Shown here: positions 8,420-18,078 of the stretch, piece by piece
How the letters are laid out: the number at the start of each line of letters is the position of its first letter
Numbering within the stretch: position 1 is the first letter of the stretch
Assembly (NCBI GenBank): GCA_963794945.1
Contig: CAWCFT010000007.1
Span: forward strand, 1 to 61,253
From: Endomicrobiales bacterium
GTDB lineage: Bacteria > Elusimicrobiota > Endomicrobiia > Endomicrobiales > CAWCFT01
DNA: 61,253 nucleotides
Direction of reading: 5' to 3'
The notes under the pieces: generated by a model
Seen by the model: the letters and a program-made list of their open reading frames with translations, nothing else
What the model was told of the DNA's origin: nothing
Database searches by the model: none
Program-made: the position numbers and the translations under genes

Positions 8420-9238
8420 ATGGATAAGCTAATACTGCCTGAACTCGCGATAGTAGACGTTGAGACCACGGGCTTGTCGACGGCTTACAACGACAGGGTC
8501 TGCGAGATTGCGATACTGCGGTGCCAGGGCCCGAAAAAGCTAGCATCATGGGAGAGCCTCGTCAACCCGACAAGGCCGATCTCCCCGGGTGCAAGTGCGG
8601 TAAACGGTATAACTAACAGAATGGTGGCGGGTTCGCCGCTTTTCGAAGACGTCGCGGACAAGATACTCGAACTTGTAGAAGGCGCGGTGCTCGTGTGCCA
8701 CAATGTGCCGTTCGACCTTAGTTTCTTAAGCGCGGAATTTGAGAACTGCGGCAGGACGTTCCCTAACCTCTCGGCTATAGATACCCTGAAAATAGCCAGG
8801 CAGTATTTTGATTTTCCTTCCAACAGCCTGGGCAACATCGCGGCTTACCTTGAAATAGATGTAAAAGAAGCCCACCGCGCCATGGCAGATGTTGTCACCA
8901 CTCACAAGATATTGAATTACTTCTTAAATGAGCTGGGTAAACGGGGCCTCGAACAGTTCGACCAGCTCTACACTTCACACATCTGGTTTCCCCGAAGCTC
9001 CCTGCACAAAGAAAAGAATGTGTCCCTGCCTCCTCTTCTTGATGAAGCCATACGGTCAAAAAGGAACGTGCATCTTTCATATTTGTCGAAAACCGGGGAA
9101 GAAACGAGGCGGGTCGTCCTGCCTTTGAAGATCATAACTCGCAACGATTATTTGTACCTTGAGGCTTTTTGCCAGTTGAGGAACGAAAAGAGAACTTTCC
9201 GGCTGGACCGTGTAGTTAAGATGAAGCTCCTAACTTGA
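8420..9238 (+). CDS. DEDDh 3'-5' exonuclease (DnaQ-like) fused to a C-terminal WYL domain
   Basis: DVETTG, HNVPFD, HRAMAD; C-terminal RRVVLP...YLYLEAFCQLRNEKRTFRLDRV. Confidence 0.88.
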   Translation: MDKLILPELAIVDVETTGLSTAYNDRVCEIAILRCQGPKKLASWESLVNPTRPISPGASAVNGITNRMVAGSPLFEDVADKILELVEGAVLVCHNVPFDLSFLSAEFENCGRTFPNLSAIDTLKIARQYFDFPSNSLGNIAAYLEIDVKEAHRAMADVVTTHKILNYFLNELGKRGLEQFDQLYTSHIWFPRSSLHKEKNVSLPPLLDEAIRSKRNVHLSYLSKTGEETRRVVLPLKIITRNDYLYLEAFCQLRNEKRTFRLDRVVKMKLLT

Positions 9239-9397
9239 TTTGAGACGAATATAGTGGTATTCTGGAAATAATAAATTCTTTCCTGTACTCTTACCCGCTG
9301 AGGATAACCCATTCTGTAATACATCCTTTTCAAAAACCATTGTTTCAATTTCCCTTGTCTGGTATAGTTATGTGGTACCCTGCCAGGGTTAACGCAC

Positions 9398-10378
9398 ATG
9401 ATTAAAGCTAATTCCAATTCATTTCAGTCTGTAGAATCATACTGCCGCTGCTGCGTTTGCGGAAGAGTATTCCCTCAATCAGCCCAGAGAGGCGCCGCTA
9501 TAGGCACTAAAATGTCATGCTGCGGAGCGGATGAGCCCGCACGTGAACAATGGCCGCAGCCGGCTGTGCTGAAGCTGCTTGAAGTTGTTACCCAGCAGGA
9601 CACTGATTCTGCCGAAAAACTGCAGTTTGATGCTATGCTTCTTTGTTCGGCAGTCGAGATGATCATAGAGGGCATTCTTATCGGCTATTTAAAGGCCACT
9701 TCTGCCCTCGCCCGGCCTGACGAGCTGACATTTAAGAACGGCAGAGGGGTAGAGAACCTCATCAGAGTTTATGAAGAGATAAGCGGGGCGTCGATGCAAG
9801 ACAAGTTCGAGAGCCTGGGCGCCGGCGATTTTATGTCCGACCTTAGAAGGCTCGTGAGCCTGCGAAACGAGCTTGCATGCAACAAAGATTATGCTGCCAA
9901 GCAGGCCGAACGATCATCAGTCCTTTCGGTGCGCGACTGGTGCCTCAAGTATTTCAGCCTGCTAAATAATAACCTGTGCCAGGGTGTTACTAGAAAGAAG
10001 GCAGTGGCCAAATCCGAAGGCAAGAAAAAAAAGTCAGTGCTTGTTGTTGACGATGAACTCGTAGTCCTGGATTTTATGTGCAAGATCATAAAAAGGCATG
10101 GCTTGGATTATTTTGGGGCTGCGACTGGAATGGAGGGGATTAGGCTTTTTAAAGAGAACGTGCCTGACTGCGTTTTGCTCGACGTGGCGCTACCCGACAT
10201 AGACGGCCTTAAAGTGTTGAAAACTATTAAGGAAATAGACCCTTCAGCGGTTGTACATATGGTAACCGGAATTGGAGGTGAAGCCATAGAAAAAGCAGCT
10301 ATCAGGTTAGGAACTACCGGGTATCTTTTAAAACCGGTAGATCCGGGTATCGTTATAAACATAATAAAGAACATCTGA
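9398..10378 (+). CDS. Cys-rich/helical (HEPN-like) domain + C-terminal response-regulator receiver
   Basis: Receiver VLVVDDE, LLDVALPDIDG, VTG, LKPV; N-terminal CRCCVCG...CCG and LRNELAC. Confidence 0.75.
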   Translation: MIKANSNSFQSVESYCRCCVCGRVFPQSAQRGAAIGTKMSCCGADEPAREQWPQPAVLKLLEVVTQQDTDSAEKLQFDAMLLCSAVEMIIEGILIGYLKATSALARPDELTFKNGRGVENLIRVYEEISGASMQDKFESLGAGDFMSDLRRLVSLRNELACNKDYAAKQAERSSVLSVRDWCLKYFSLLNNNLCQGVTRKKAVAKSEGKKKKSVLVVDDELVVLDFMCKIIKRHGLDYFGAATGMEGIRLFKENVPDCVLLDVALPDIDGLKVLKTIKEIDPSAVVHMVTGIGGEAIEKAAIRLGTTGYLLKPVDPGIVINIIKNI

Positions 10379-10490
10379 CCAGCAAGTATCTCTCAAAAAA
10401 ACACTTCATTTATCAAACAAAAACCTCGAGTTCAATACCTAATTCAACATTTGTATTATTTGTATCTATAGTTAATTGTAGCGTTGCCCC

Positions 10491-10519
10491 TTGCAAAGCA
10501 AAACAGAATTTAGTATATT
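10491..10519 (+). promoter_or_regulatory. Sigma70 promoter of the rpsF operon
   Basis: TTGCAA-17 bp-TATATT. Confidence 0.65.
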
Positions 10520-10526
10520 TACAACA

Positions 10527-10598
10527 CGCTTTTGCTTCCGCTTTACATTTGGCGGAGGCTAAGTCCGCCATAGGCGGAAAATCCAAAAAAGGAGGTGT
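10527..10598 (+). promoter_or_regulatory. Probable S6:S18 autoregulatory leader
   Basis: CTTTTG-[GCTTCCGC/GCGGAGGC hairpin]...CCAAAAAAGGAGGTG pairing next to the SD directly before rpsF; resembles known rpsF leaders. Confidence 0.5.
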
Positions 10599-10603
10599 TT
10601 TAA

Positions 10604-11014
10604 ATGATCACTTATGAAAGTACCATTATTTGCTCACCGGAACTACCCGCCGAAAAGATCGACGAACTCGTAGAAAAAATCAAGAAGGTTGTTGATGGTT
10701 CGAAAGGCCAGATCCTCATCACCCAGCAGCTTGGCAAAAAGAGGCTGGCTTACCCGATAAAAAAGCATCGTGAAGGGAGCTATGTGTATTTCGAGCTGTC
10801 TGGCCCCGGCGAAACTATCGCCGCGCTCGAGAGCTTCTTTAAGGTCAACGATACGATAATCCGTTACCTTACCGTGAAAGCCGGAAAAAAGAGACCGCCG
10901 AAACCAGTCGCCGCGGCAGTACCCGCGCAGGCACCGGCTGCAGAGGAACTCAAAAAACCCGAGGAGGGCAAAACAGATGACTCAGCAAAACCTTCGGTTG
11001 CCGGAGCAGAATAG
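10604..11014 (+). CDS. rpsF: 30S ribosomal protein S6
   Basis: YESTII, GKKRLAYPIKK, IIRYL. Confidence 0.95.
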   Translation: MITYESTIICSPELPAEKIDELVEKIKKVVDGSKGQILITQQLGKKRLAYPIKKHREGSYVYFELSGPGETIAALESFFKVNDTIIRYLTVKAGKKRPPKPVAAAVPAQAPAAEELKKPEEGKTDDSAKPSVAGAE

Positions 11015-11436
11015 CGTAACATTAGTAGGCCGCCTTACCCGCGACCCTGAACTGCGTTTTACGGGCAAGGGGTCCGCGGTATGCAGGTTCGATCTTGCCG
11101 TAAACCGCCGTTACAAAGACGCGGCCTCAGGCGAGTGGAAGGATGACACATCGTTCATATCAGTTGTAGTATGGGGTGATGCTGCCAACCGTTGCGGCGA
11201 GAGGCTCAAAAAAGGTTTCCCGGTGCACGTGGAAGGCAGGCTTCAAAGCCGCAACTGGGAAACAAAAGAAGGCCAGAAAAGGACTTCCATCGAAGTTATA
11301 GCCCGCAGGGTGCAGTTCTTGTCAAAGGTCACGGCGGATGAAGGCGAGGTTGAAAGCCCCGAACCTTCAGAGCAGCCGAAGGCGCAGGGCAAACCAGCCG
11401 CGGCAGCAGCAGAACGAAGAAGAGATCCCGTTCTAA
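10977..11436 (+). CDS. ssb: Single-stranded DNA-binding protein (indel near 11405-11415)
   Basis: NSVTLVGRLTRDPELR, VEGRLQSRNWE; acidic tip EEEIPF-stop lies in a shifted frame ending at 11436. Confidence 0.93.
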
Positions 11437-11468
11437 AATATCAACTAAGATAAGGAAAAGGAGGACAG

Positions 11469-11768
11469 ATGGCATTTAATAAACCGTCATTTCACAAAAC
11501 ACCAGGCAGCAGGCCCCAAGGGGCCGGCGCCGGTGCCCCGGGCAAATTCCGCCGCGGCGGGCCGATCAAGAAAAAAGTCTGCCGTTTTTGCGCGGACAAG
11601 ATAGAGATAGACTACAAAAACGTCAGTCTCATCAGAAGCTTTATAACCGAAAGAGGCAAGATACTTTCCGGGCGCATAACTGGGACCTGCTCGAAGCACC
11701 AGAGGACCCTCAATTCTGCTATCAAAAGAGCGAGGATGCTTGCTCTGGTTCCGTTCACTGTTGTATAA
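11469..11768 (+). CDS. rpsR: 30S ribosomal protein S18 (Zn-binding C+ type)
   Basis: [31 protein letters not shown]. Confidence 0.96.
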   Translation: MAFNKPSFHKTPGSRPQGAGAGAPGKFRRGGPIKKKVCRFCADKIEIDYKNVSLIRSFITERGKILSGRITGTCSKHQRTLNSAIKRARMLALVPFTVV

Positions 11769-11821
11769 CTAATATAATCAGCCTGCCAGGCAGGCCCGCT
11801 GAAGAGGCGGGGAGGTACTAA

Positions 11822-12307
11822 ATGAAAGTAATATTATGCACCGATATAACCAATGTCGGCAAGCAGGGCGATATCAAAGAGATCGCTGCCGGATACGCTC
11901 GTAATTTTCTTATTCCCAAGAAGCTGGTAATGGAAGCCACGGCCTCCAACCTTAACACATGGGAAAGGCGTAAGGAAAAGCTCTCGAAAGAAAGAGAGAA
12001 GATCATAGAAGCTGCCAAAGAAATCGCACAGAAAATTGAAAAGGTCTCACTAGCTATAACAGTTAAAGTCGGCGACAACGGGAAGCTGTTCGGTTCAGTA
12101 ACTAACACGAACATCGCCAAAGCCCTTGAAGACAGCGGTTTCACGGTAGAAAAACACGACATCCTGCTTCCGGAACCTATCAGGGAAGCGGGTGTTTACA
12201 CGGTAGACATCAGGCTTCATCCGGAAGTCATAGCCAAAGCTAAAGTTTGCATAATCGAAGAGAAAACAGCCAAGGGTGAAGTGAAGGAAGAAGAAAAGCC
12301 GGAATAA
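11822..12307 (+). CDS. rplI: 50S ribosomal protein L9
   Basis: MKVIL, GYARNFLIP, KLFGSVT. Confidence 0.96.
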   Translation: MKVILCTDITNVGKQGDIKEIAAGYARNFLIPKKLVMEATASNLNTWERRKEKLSKEREKIIEAAKEIAQKIEKVSLAITVKVGDNGKLFGSVTNTNIAKALEDSGFTVEKHDILLPEPIREAGVYTVDIRLHPEVIAKAKVCIIEEKTAKGEVKEEEKPE

Positions 12308-12320
12308 ATTACAAATATTC

Positions 12321-12414
12321 AAGATTGTGAAGATTGAAAATTTAAATATTTAAAATCTTGAAGAAGAAAGTCTGTGAATCTTCAAAATTTTCTTAATCTT
12401 AAATTTTTAATCAC
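12321..12414 (+). repeat. Inverted array of AAGATT-type 7-9-nt repeats (rplI-dnaB spacer)
   Basis: AAGATT/AAAATT at 12321, 12330, 12337; AATCTT/AATTTT at 12377, 12386, 12395, 12402. Confidence 0.6.
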
Positions 12415-12434
12415 AGTTATGGAAGGTATAACTT

Positions 12435-13814
12435 ATGGCCGAACCGATAGACCGGATACCTCCTCAGGCCGTTGAAGCAGAAAAAGCCGTCATAGGTTCT
12501 ATGCTCATTGAGAAGGAAGCCGTCATCAAGGCGATGGACATCGTCAGCGAGCTTGATTTTTATGAAGGTTCCCATAGGAACCTTTTTCTCGCTATTAGGG
12601 ACTTGTACCTCGAGAACCAGGCTGTTGACGCTATAACCGTTTCGGATGCATTAAAGAAGAGAAAACAGCTGGACAAGATAGGCGGCGCGGGCTACATCAC
12701 GTCGCTTATTAATTCCGTTTCTACTGCCGCAAATGTGGAATACTACGCGGCCATAGTGCGGGAAAAATCCATTCTGCGGCAACTGGTCAGCGTAGGTTCA
12801 GAAATAGTAGCATCGGCTTTTGATGAGAAGGCCACCGCTGAAGAGATACTGGATAAATCCGAATCCACGATGTTCTCGATAGCGCAGAAAAGGGCCGCGC
12901 GGGGTTTTACGTCACTCGGAAGCCTGGTCCATCCGACGCTTGACTACCTTGAAAAGATACACACAGATAAAAGAGAGGTGCCGGGCCTCAGGACAGGTTT
13001 TGAAGACCTCGATAAGATGACCGCAGGCCTTCAGCCCTCCGAACTAATAATACTTGCCGCAAGGCCGTCTATGGGGAAGACCGCGCTTGCCCTGAACATC
13101 GCGGAGAACATAGCGGTGAACGATAAAAAGGCTGTGGCGGTTTTCTCGCTCGAAATGTCTAAAGAAGCGCTCATGATGAGGATACTTTGCTCGGCGGCGC
13201 GGGTTAACTCCCACAATACCCGCCAGGGCTTCATTAGTACTCAGAACTGGTCAAAGCTCACTACCGTAGCCACAAAACTTTCGGAAGCTCCCATATATAT
13301 AGACGACAGTTCCAGCCTCAATGTTCTCGAGCTGCGTGCCCGTGCGCGCCGTCTTGCGACCGAGCTCAAGGTTCAGGGCAAGGAACTGTCCATAGTGATT
13401 ATAGACTACATACAGATAATGAGGGGCCTCGGGCGGGTCGAAAGCCGCCAACAGGAAATGTCGGATATCTCTCGTTCGCTTAAAGGCCTCGCGCGAGACC
13501 TCAACATCCCGGTCATCGCTCTATCACAGCTTTCAAGAAAACCGGAAGAAAAAGGCCGCGAAGGCCGACCCCAGCTTTCGGATCTAAGGGAATCGGGGGC
13601 CCTTGAACAGGATGCAGACGTAGTAGCGTTCATATACAGGGAAGGCTATTATAAGAGGGACGACCCGGACAAAGAAAAAAGCGCTACGCTTATCCTTGCC
13701 AAACAGCGCAACGGCCCTACGGGCGACATAAATCTTATTTTTCAGCGCGACTATACGCGTTTTGAATCTTTTACGCCCATGGATGCGGCTGTTGACATGG
13801 AATCGAAAATATAG
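12435..13814 (+). CDS. dnaB: Replicative DNA helicase
   Basis: AARPSMGKT, FSLEM, IDYIQ, LSQLSR, SDLRESGALEQDAD, KQRNGPTG; no intein. Confidence 0.97.
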   Translation: MAEPIDRIPPQAVEAEKAVIGSMLIEKEAVIKAMDIVSELDFYEGSHRNLFLAIRDLYLENQAVDAITVSDALKKRKQLDKIGGAGYITSLINSVSTAANVEYYAAIVREKSILRQLVSVGSEIVASAFDEKATAEEILDKSESTMFSIAQKRAARGFTSLGSLVHPTLDYLEKIHTDKREVPGLRTGFEDLDKMTAGLQPSELIILAARPSMGKTALALNIAENIAVNDKKAVAVFSLEMSKEALMMRILCSAARVNSHNTRQGFISTQNWSKLTTVATKLSEAPIYIDDSSSLNVLELRARARRLATELKVQGKELSIVIIDYIQIMRGLGRVESRQQEMSDISRSLKGLARDLNIPVIALSQLSRKPEEKGREGRPQLSDLRESGALEQDADVVAFIYREGYYKRDDPDKEKSATLILAKQRNGPTGDINLIFQRDYTRFESFTPMDAAVDMESKI

Positions 13815-13833
13815 TACAAAAAAGAACCTCTAA

Positions 13834-15036
13834 ATGAGAACCGATAAGTCCTCAAGCACCAGAACCGCGAGTTTTGTTGGAGGAGGGAAAACACATTCCT
13901 GCGTGTGGCAGCCCTTCGCGACACCTCTGCTTCGCCCAACCTGGGCCGAGATCGACCGCCAAGCATTCAAAAAAAACATTCATAAAATAAAGAATTATTT
14001 AAGGCCGCGCACTAAACTTATAGCTGTTGTCAAGGCTAACGCCTATGGTCATATGGCCGTACAGCTCTCTGAGACTGCTCTTAAAAACGGTGCGTGGGCG
14101 CTAGGTGTTTCATCCATCGAAGAAGGCATTTCATTAAGGCAAAGCGGCATTAAGGGCAGGATTCTTATCCTTGGAAGCATATTCCCTCTGGAGAATCTCA
14201 AGGCCGCGGCCGAGTATAACCTTGTGCCAACGATATCGAGCCTCGGCGGACTCACGGCATTGTCGAAGCTTGCCACGCATCTTAAGAGAAGGCTTTCGTT
14301 CCATCTAAAAGTAGATACCGGCATGGGCCGCATAGGTGTGTCGCCTTCAACAGCGCCTTCTCTTTTGGAAAGGATAGCTTCCAAAAAAGAAGTGCTCATG
14401 GAAGGGATGTACACGCACTTTGCCGCTGCGGACTGCGACGAGAAGTTCACACGCCTACAGATGAAAAAATTTCTAGCGGTAGTGAAGGTAGCAAGATCAC
14501 TGGGCCTGAAATTCACGGCGCATGCCGCCAACAGCGCGGCTCTTTTCAGGCACAGGGATTTCCAGCTTGATGCCGTAAGGCCTGGCGTGAGCCTTTACGG
14601 CCTTAAACCATTCAGGGGTTCGGAAAAGACGGTAAAGCTTGAACCGGTTATGAGCATTAAAACAAAGATAGTGTTTCTTAAAAGGGTGCCCGCAGGAACC
14701 ACGATAAGTTATGGCGCAACATTCTCCGCGAAAAGGCGCTCGGTAATAGCGACACTTCCGGTGGGCTACGCCGACGGGTTCAACAGGCTTCTTTCGAACA
14801 AGGGCGAAGTGCTTATTCGCGGGATAAGATGCCCCGTGGCCGGAAGGGTCACCATGGATATGGTCATGGCTGACGTCACGAAGGTACCGGGTGTTTCCAT
14901 AGGCGATGAAGCTGTTATTATAGGTAGACAGGGTGGCGAGGCGATTACAGTGGAAGAAATGGCTGAAAAAATAGGCACAATAAACTACGAGGTAACCTGC
15001 GCAGTTGGGGCGAGGGTGCCGAGGGTTCTAATTTAA
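13834..15036 (+). CDS. alr: Alanine racemase (start uncertain)
   Basis: RPTWAEID, AVVKANAYGH (PLP Lys), KVDTGMGRIG, GYADG, GRVTMD. Confidence 0.95.
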   Translation: MRTDKSSSTRTASFVGGGKTHSCVWQPFATPLLRPTWAEIDRQAFKKNIHKIKNYLRPRTKLIAVVKANAYGHMAVQLSETALKNGAWALGVSSIEEGISLRQSGIKGRILILGSIFPLENLKAAAEYNLVPTISSLGGLTALSKLATHLKRRLSFHLKVDTGMGRIGVSPSTAPSLLERIASKKEVLMEGMYTHFAAADCDEKFTRLQMKKFLAVVKVARSLGLKFTAHAANSAALFRHRDFQLDAVRPGVSLYGLKPFRGSEKTVKLEPVMSIKTKIVFLKRVPAGTTISYGATFSAKRRSVIATLPVGYADGFNRLLSNKGEVLIRGIRCPVAGRVTMDMVMADVTKVPGVSIGDEAVIIGRQGGEAITVEEMAEKIGTINYEVTCAVGARVPRVLI

Positions 15037-15081
15037 TGCTTTTGATATAAATAGAATAAAGTAGTCAAAATTGGTAAAACA

Positions 15082-15917
15082 ATGATCCAAAACGGCCTTA
15101 AACACATCAAAGAAATTGAGATAGAAATAGACAAGCCGGTGAGTTTGCTGGGACGTTCCGTATTGGATATGGCTACGAGCGTTGGCGAGGCAACACAGCT
15201 TGTCGAGACAGAACGTTCTACTGGATAGTAAGAGGCTCGATAGACTGGAAGAACACAGTGGCGCAGATGGTGGAGATAGGCATGCGGTCATTTCCTGTAA
15301 TAGGCCTTACCTCGCTTTTTACAGGCATGGTCCTGGCTCTTCAGGCAGGCACTTCCTCCAAGAATATTTTTAACGAGCCTGTATATATAGGAACTGTTGT
15401 AGGTTTTTCGCTGATAAAAGAACTGGGGCCGGTTCTTACAGCGATAGTTATATCCGGAAGGGTCGGTGCTTCCATTGCGGCAGAGCTCGGCACTATGAAG
15501 GTCACCGAACAGCTCGACGCGCTTTACACGCTCGGAACTAACCCGGTCAAGTACCTGGCGGTCCCGAGATTCATAGCCTGCGCCCTGATGGTACCGCTTC
15601 TGTCAGTTATGGCGAATATTATAGGCGTTTTGGGCGGCCTTCTGATAACCACTTTCAGTTTCAGTGTCCCCTCGTCTATATACTGGGAAGATATATTCAA
15701 CTACATGGATACATCGAGCCTTTTCCACGGGCTTATAAAAGCCGTTGTTTTCGGGCTTATAATAGTCACCACTGCTTGCTACAAAGGGTTTAACTGCGAA
15801 GGCGGAGCAGAAGGCGTAGGGAAAGCCACCACTAGCGCGGTTATGATATCGATGGTGCTGATACTCATATCCGATTATTTTCTATCGGCGCTGCTTGTCG
15901 CGGTCGGGATAGTCTGA
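15082..15917 (+). CDS. mlaE: MlaE-family ABC permease (indel near 15200-15213)
   Basis: KELGPVLTA, AELGTMKVTEQLDAL, GGAEGVGKATT; N-terminus from ATG 15082 is in another frame. Confidence 0.9.
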
Positions 15918-15920
15918 CCT

Positions 15921-16682
15921 ATGATAAAAATTGTAGACGTATACAAGTCATTCAGGACGAACAAAGTTCTAAGAGGCGCCAACCTTGAAATAGTTGACGC
16001 CGAAACTATAACTATTATAGGTGGCTCGGGCACCGGGAAAAGCGTACTGCTTAAGAATATCATGGGCCTTATCAAACCTGATAAAGGCGAGATATATATT
16101 GATGATAAAGAGATAACAAAGCTTAACGAAGCCGACCTTCTTGAGGTACAGAAGAAGTTTGGTTATCTTTTCCAGGGTGCGGCGCTCTTTGATTCGTTGA
16201 CAGTAGGCGAGAATGTGGGGTTCGGCTTGCGAAACTTGAGCACTATGAACAATGGCGAAATAAATGACCGTGTCCGCGAGTGTCTCAGTATGGTTGGCCT
16301 TAAGGGCATTGAGAACTTAAAGCCGGCGGAGCTTTCGGGCGGGATGAAAAAACGCGTGGGTCTTGCGCGGGCGATCGCGCATAAGCCCGAATATATACTT
16401 TATGATGAGCCTACGACAGGCCTTGACCCTATAATGTCCGATGTTATCAACGACCTGATACTTCACCTGCAAAAGCAGATCTGTGTCACGTCGATAGTGG
16501 TTACGCACGACATGAAGTCCGCTTATAAGGTCTCGAACAGGATAGCAATGCTCTACGAAGGGAAGATCGTTTCCGTGGGAACGTCGGATCAGATCAAGAA
16601 CTCGAAAGACCCGATAGTGCACCAGTTCGTAGAGGGCTTAAGCCAGGGGCCGATAACTCTGAACCTGGAAAAAGCTTTTTAG
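15921..16682 (+). CDS. mlaF: MlaF-family ABC ATPase
   Basis: GGSGTGKS, FQGAALFDSLTV, LSGGMKKRVGLARA, YDEPTTGLDP. Confidence 0.93.
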   Translation: MIKIVDVYKSFRTNKVLRGANLEIVDAETITIIGGSGTGKSVLLKNIMGLIKPDKGEIYIDDKEITKLNEADLLEVQKKFGYLFQGAALFDSLTVGENVGFGLRNLSTMNNGEINDRVRECLSMVGLKGIENLKPAELSGGMKKRVGLARAIAHKPEYILYDEPTTGLDPIMSDVINDLILHLQKQICVTSIVVTHDMKSAYKVSNRIAMLYEGKIVSVGTSDQIKNSKDPIVHQFVEGLSQGPITLNLEKAF

Positions 16683-16716
16683 ATAATAAATATAATCTCA
16701 ATCAAAAGGAAAAATC

Positions 16717-18054
16717 ATGAATCAGGAAACTAAGCTTGGGCTTTTCGTCCTCGCGGGCATAACATGCCTTGTTGTGTCTATTATGATGCTTGGCGATTTT
16801 CAGTTCCAACGGCGTTACGACCTCAATATTCTTTTCACCGATATCGCTGGGCTTCCTGATAAAGCAAAGGTAAAAATAGCCGGAGTTGAAGTTGGCGCTG
16901 TAAAAAAGATAACGCTGGTAGGCAACAAGGCCAGGATCACCATATGGTTAAAGCATGACGTTCAGATACACACTGATGCTCAGGCTAGCATAGTAGCTAC
17001 AGGCATTATAGGTTCAAAATATCTGGAACTCACCATGGGTAGCGAATCCGAACCATTTCTTAAGGACGGCGATGTTATTAAAGGTACCAGTCCTATATCC
17101 TTTGAGAAGGTCATAGCGACCGTTATGGAAAAACTTGACACGGTTTTCGGTATGTTCGAAGGTGAGGATGGCAAGAATATGGGCAAGAACGTCGCCGCGA
17201 CGATAAAGAACCTGAAAGAAATAACAGATTCTCTGCACAAGGCACTGTACAATCAGGAAGATAAGCTCGCTGAAACTATTGACAACTTCCATTCATTCTC
17301 AAAGGATATGGCGGAAATAACTTCCGATAACCGAGAGGATATACGGGAAACGATCAAGCAGGTAAAGGCCGCTTCGGAGAAATTCGATAAGATCCTCGCG
17401 ATGATTGACAAGAGCGACGGGACTGTCGGCAAGCTCCTTACAAACAAAGAAATGGGAGAAGACCTGAAAGCAAGTTTTAAAGAGATCAAAGAGGACGCGC
17501 AGCAGGCTAATAAAGTATTAAGGCGCATTAATCTCATTGAGACGGACTGGGACTATAGGCTGCGTTACGACACAAAGGGGCAAAATTCACATAGTGACCT
17601 TGGACTTATGGTTATTCCCAGCCCCGGGAAATATTATTATCTCGGTGTAGCCAATGTGGGCGATAACACCACAGATACGACAAACCAGGAAAGGTTGAAC
17701 ACGCTGAATTTGCTTTATGGAAGAACGTTCGACGGGATAATACCTGTTGATATTTACGGCGGGGCGATACGGTCGCAGGGCGGTGCGGGCATAAGGATTA
17801 AACCGTTGGCCAAATGGGCTCCGTTAAGCAGGCTTGAGCTTACAGCCGAGGCCTATAATTTTTCACGCTCTACACCGGTCTCAAAAGCGGTTGTCAACCT
17901 AGGTGCCAGGGTTAAGGTTAATAACTGGTCATTCATCGGGGCTCAGGTGGAAGACGTTTACAATACATCAAGCGTGAACGCGTACGCGCAACTGACATTC
18001 CGCGATGACGATATCGCGTATATACTGGGCCTGGTTGGTTTGGCACACCCTTAG
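16717..18054 (+). CDS. mlaD: MCE/MlaD protein with long helical region and C-terminal beta-rich domain
   Basis: N-terminal TM, GLPDKAKVKIAGVEVGAV MCE motif, heptad helices, alternating beta-strand C-terminus. Confidence 0.88.
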   Translation: MNQETKLGLFVLAGITCLVVSIMMLGDFQFQRRYDLNILFTDIAGLPDKAKVKIAGVEVGAVKKITLVGNKARITIWLKHDVQIHTDAQASIVATGIIGSKYLELTMGSESEPFLKDGDVIKGTSPISFEKVIATVMEKLDTVFGMFEGEDGKNMGKNVAATIKNLKEITDSLHKALYNQEDKLAETIDNFHSFSKDMAEITSDNREDIRETIKQVKAASEKFDKILAMIDKSDGTVGKLLTNKEMGEDLKASFKEIKEDAQQANKVLRRINLIETDWDYRLRYDTKGQNSHSDLGLMVIPSPGKYYYLGVANVGDNTTDTTNQERLNTLNLLYGRTFDGIIPVDIYGGAIRSQGGAGIRIKPLAKWAPLSRLELTAEAYNFSRSTPVSKAVVNLGARVKVNNWSFIGAQVEDVYNTSSVNAYAQLTFRDDDIAYILGLVGLAHP

Positions 18055-18078
18055 GAAAGTTAGACTTCCGGTTGGAAT

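Noticed and set aside
13834..13925. About 30-aa N-terminal extension of Alr with weak hairpins (possible in-frame palindromic insertion)
   Set aside because: Pairing is short and ambiguous and the true start is uncertain; cannot be supported without homologues.
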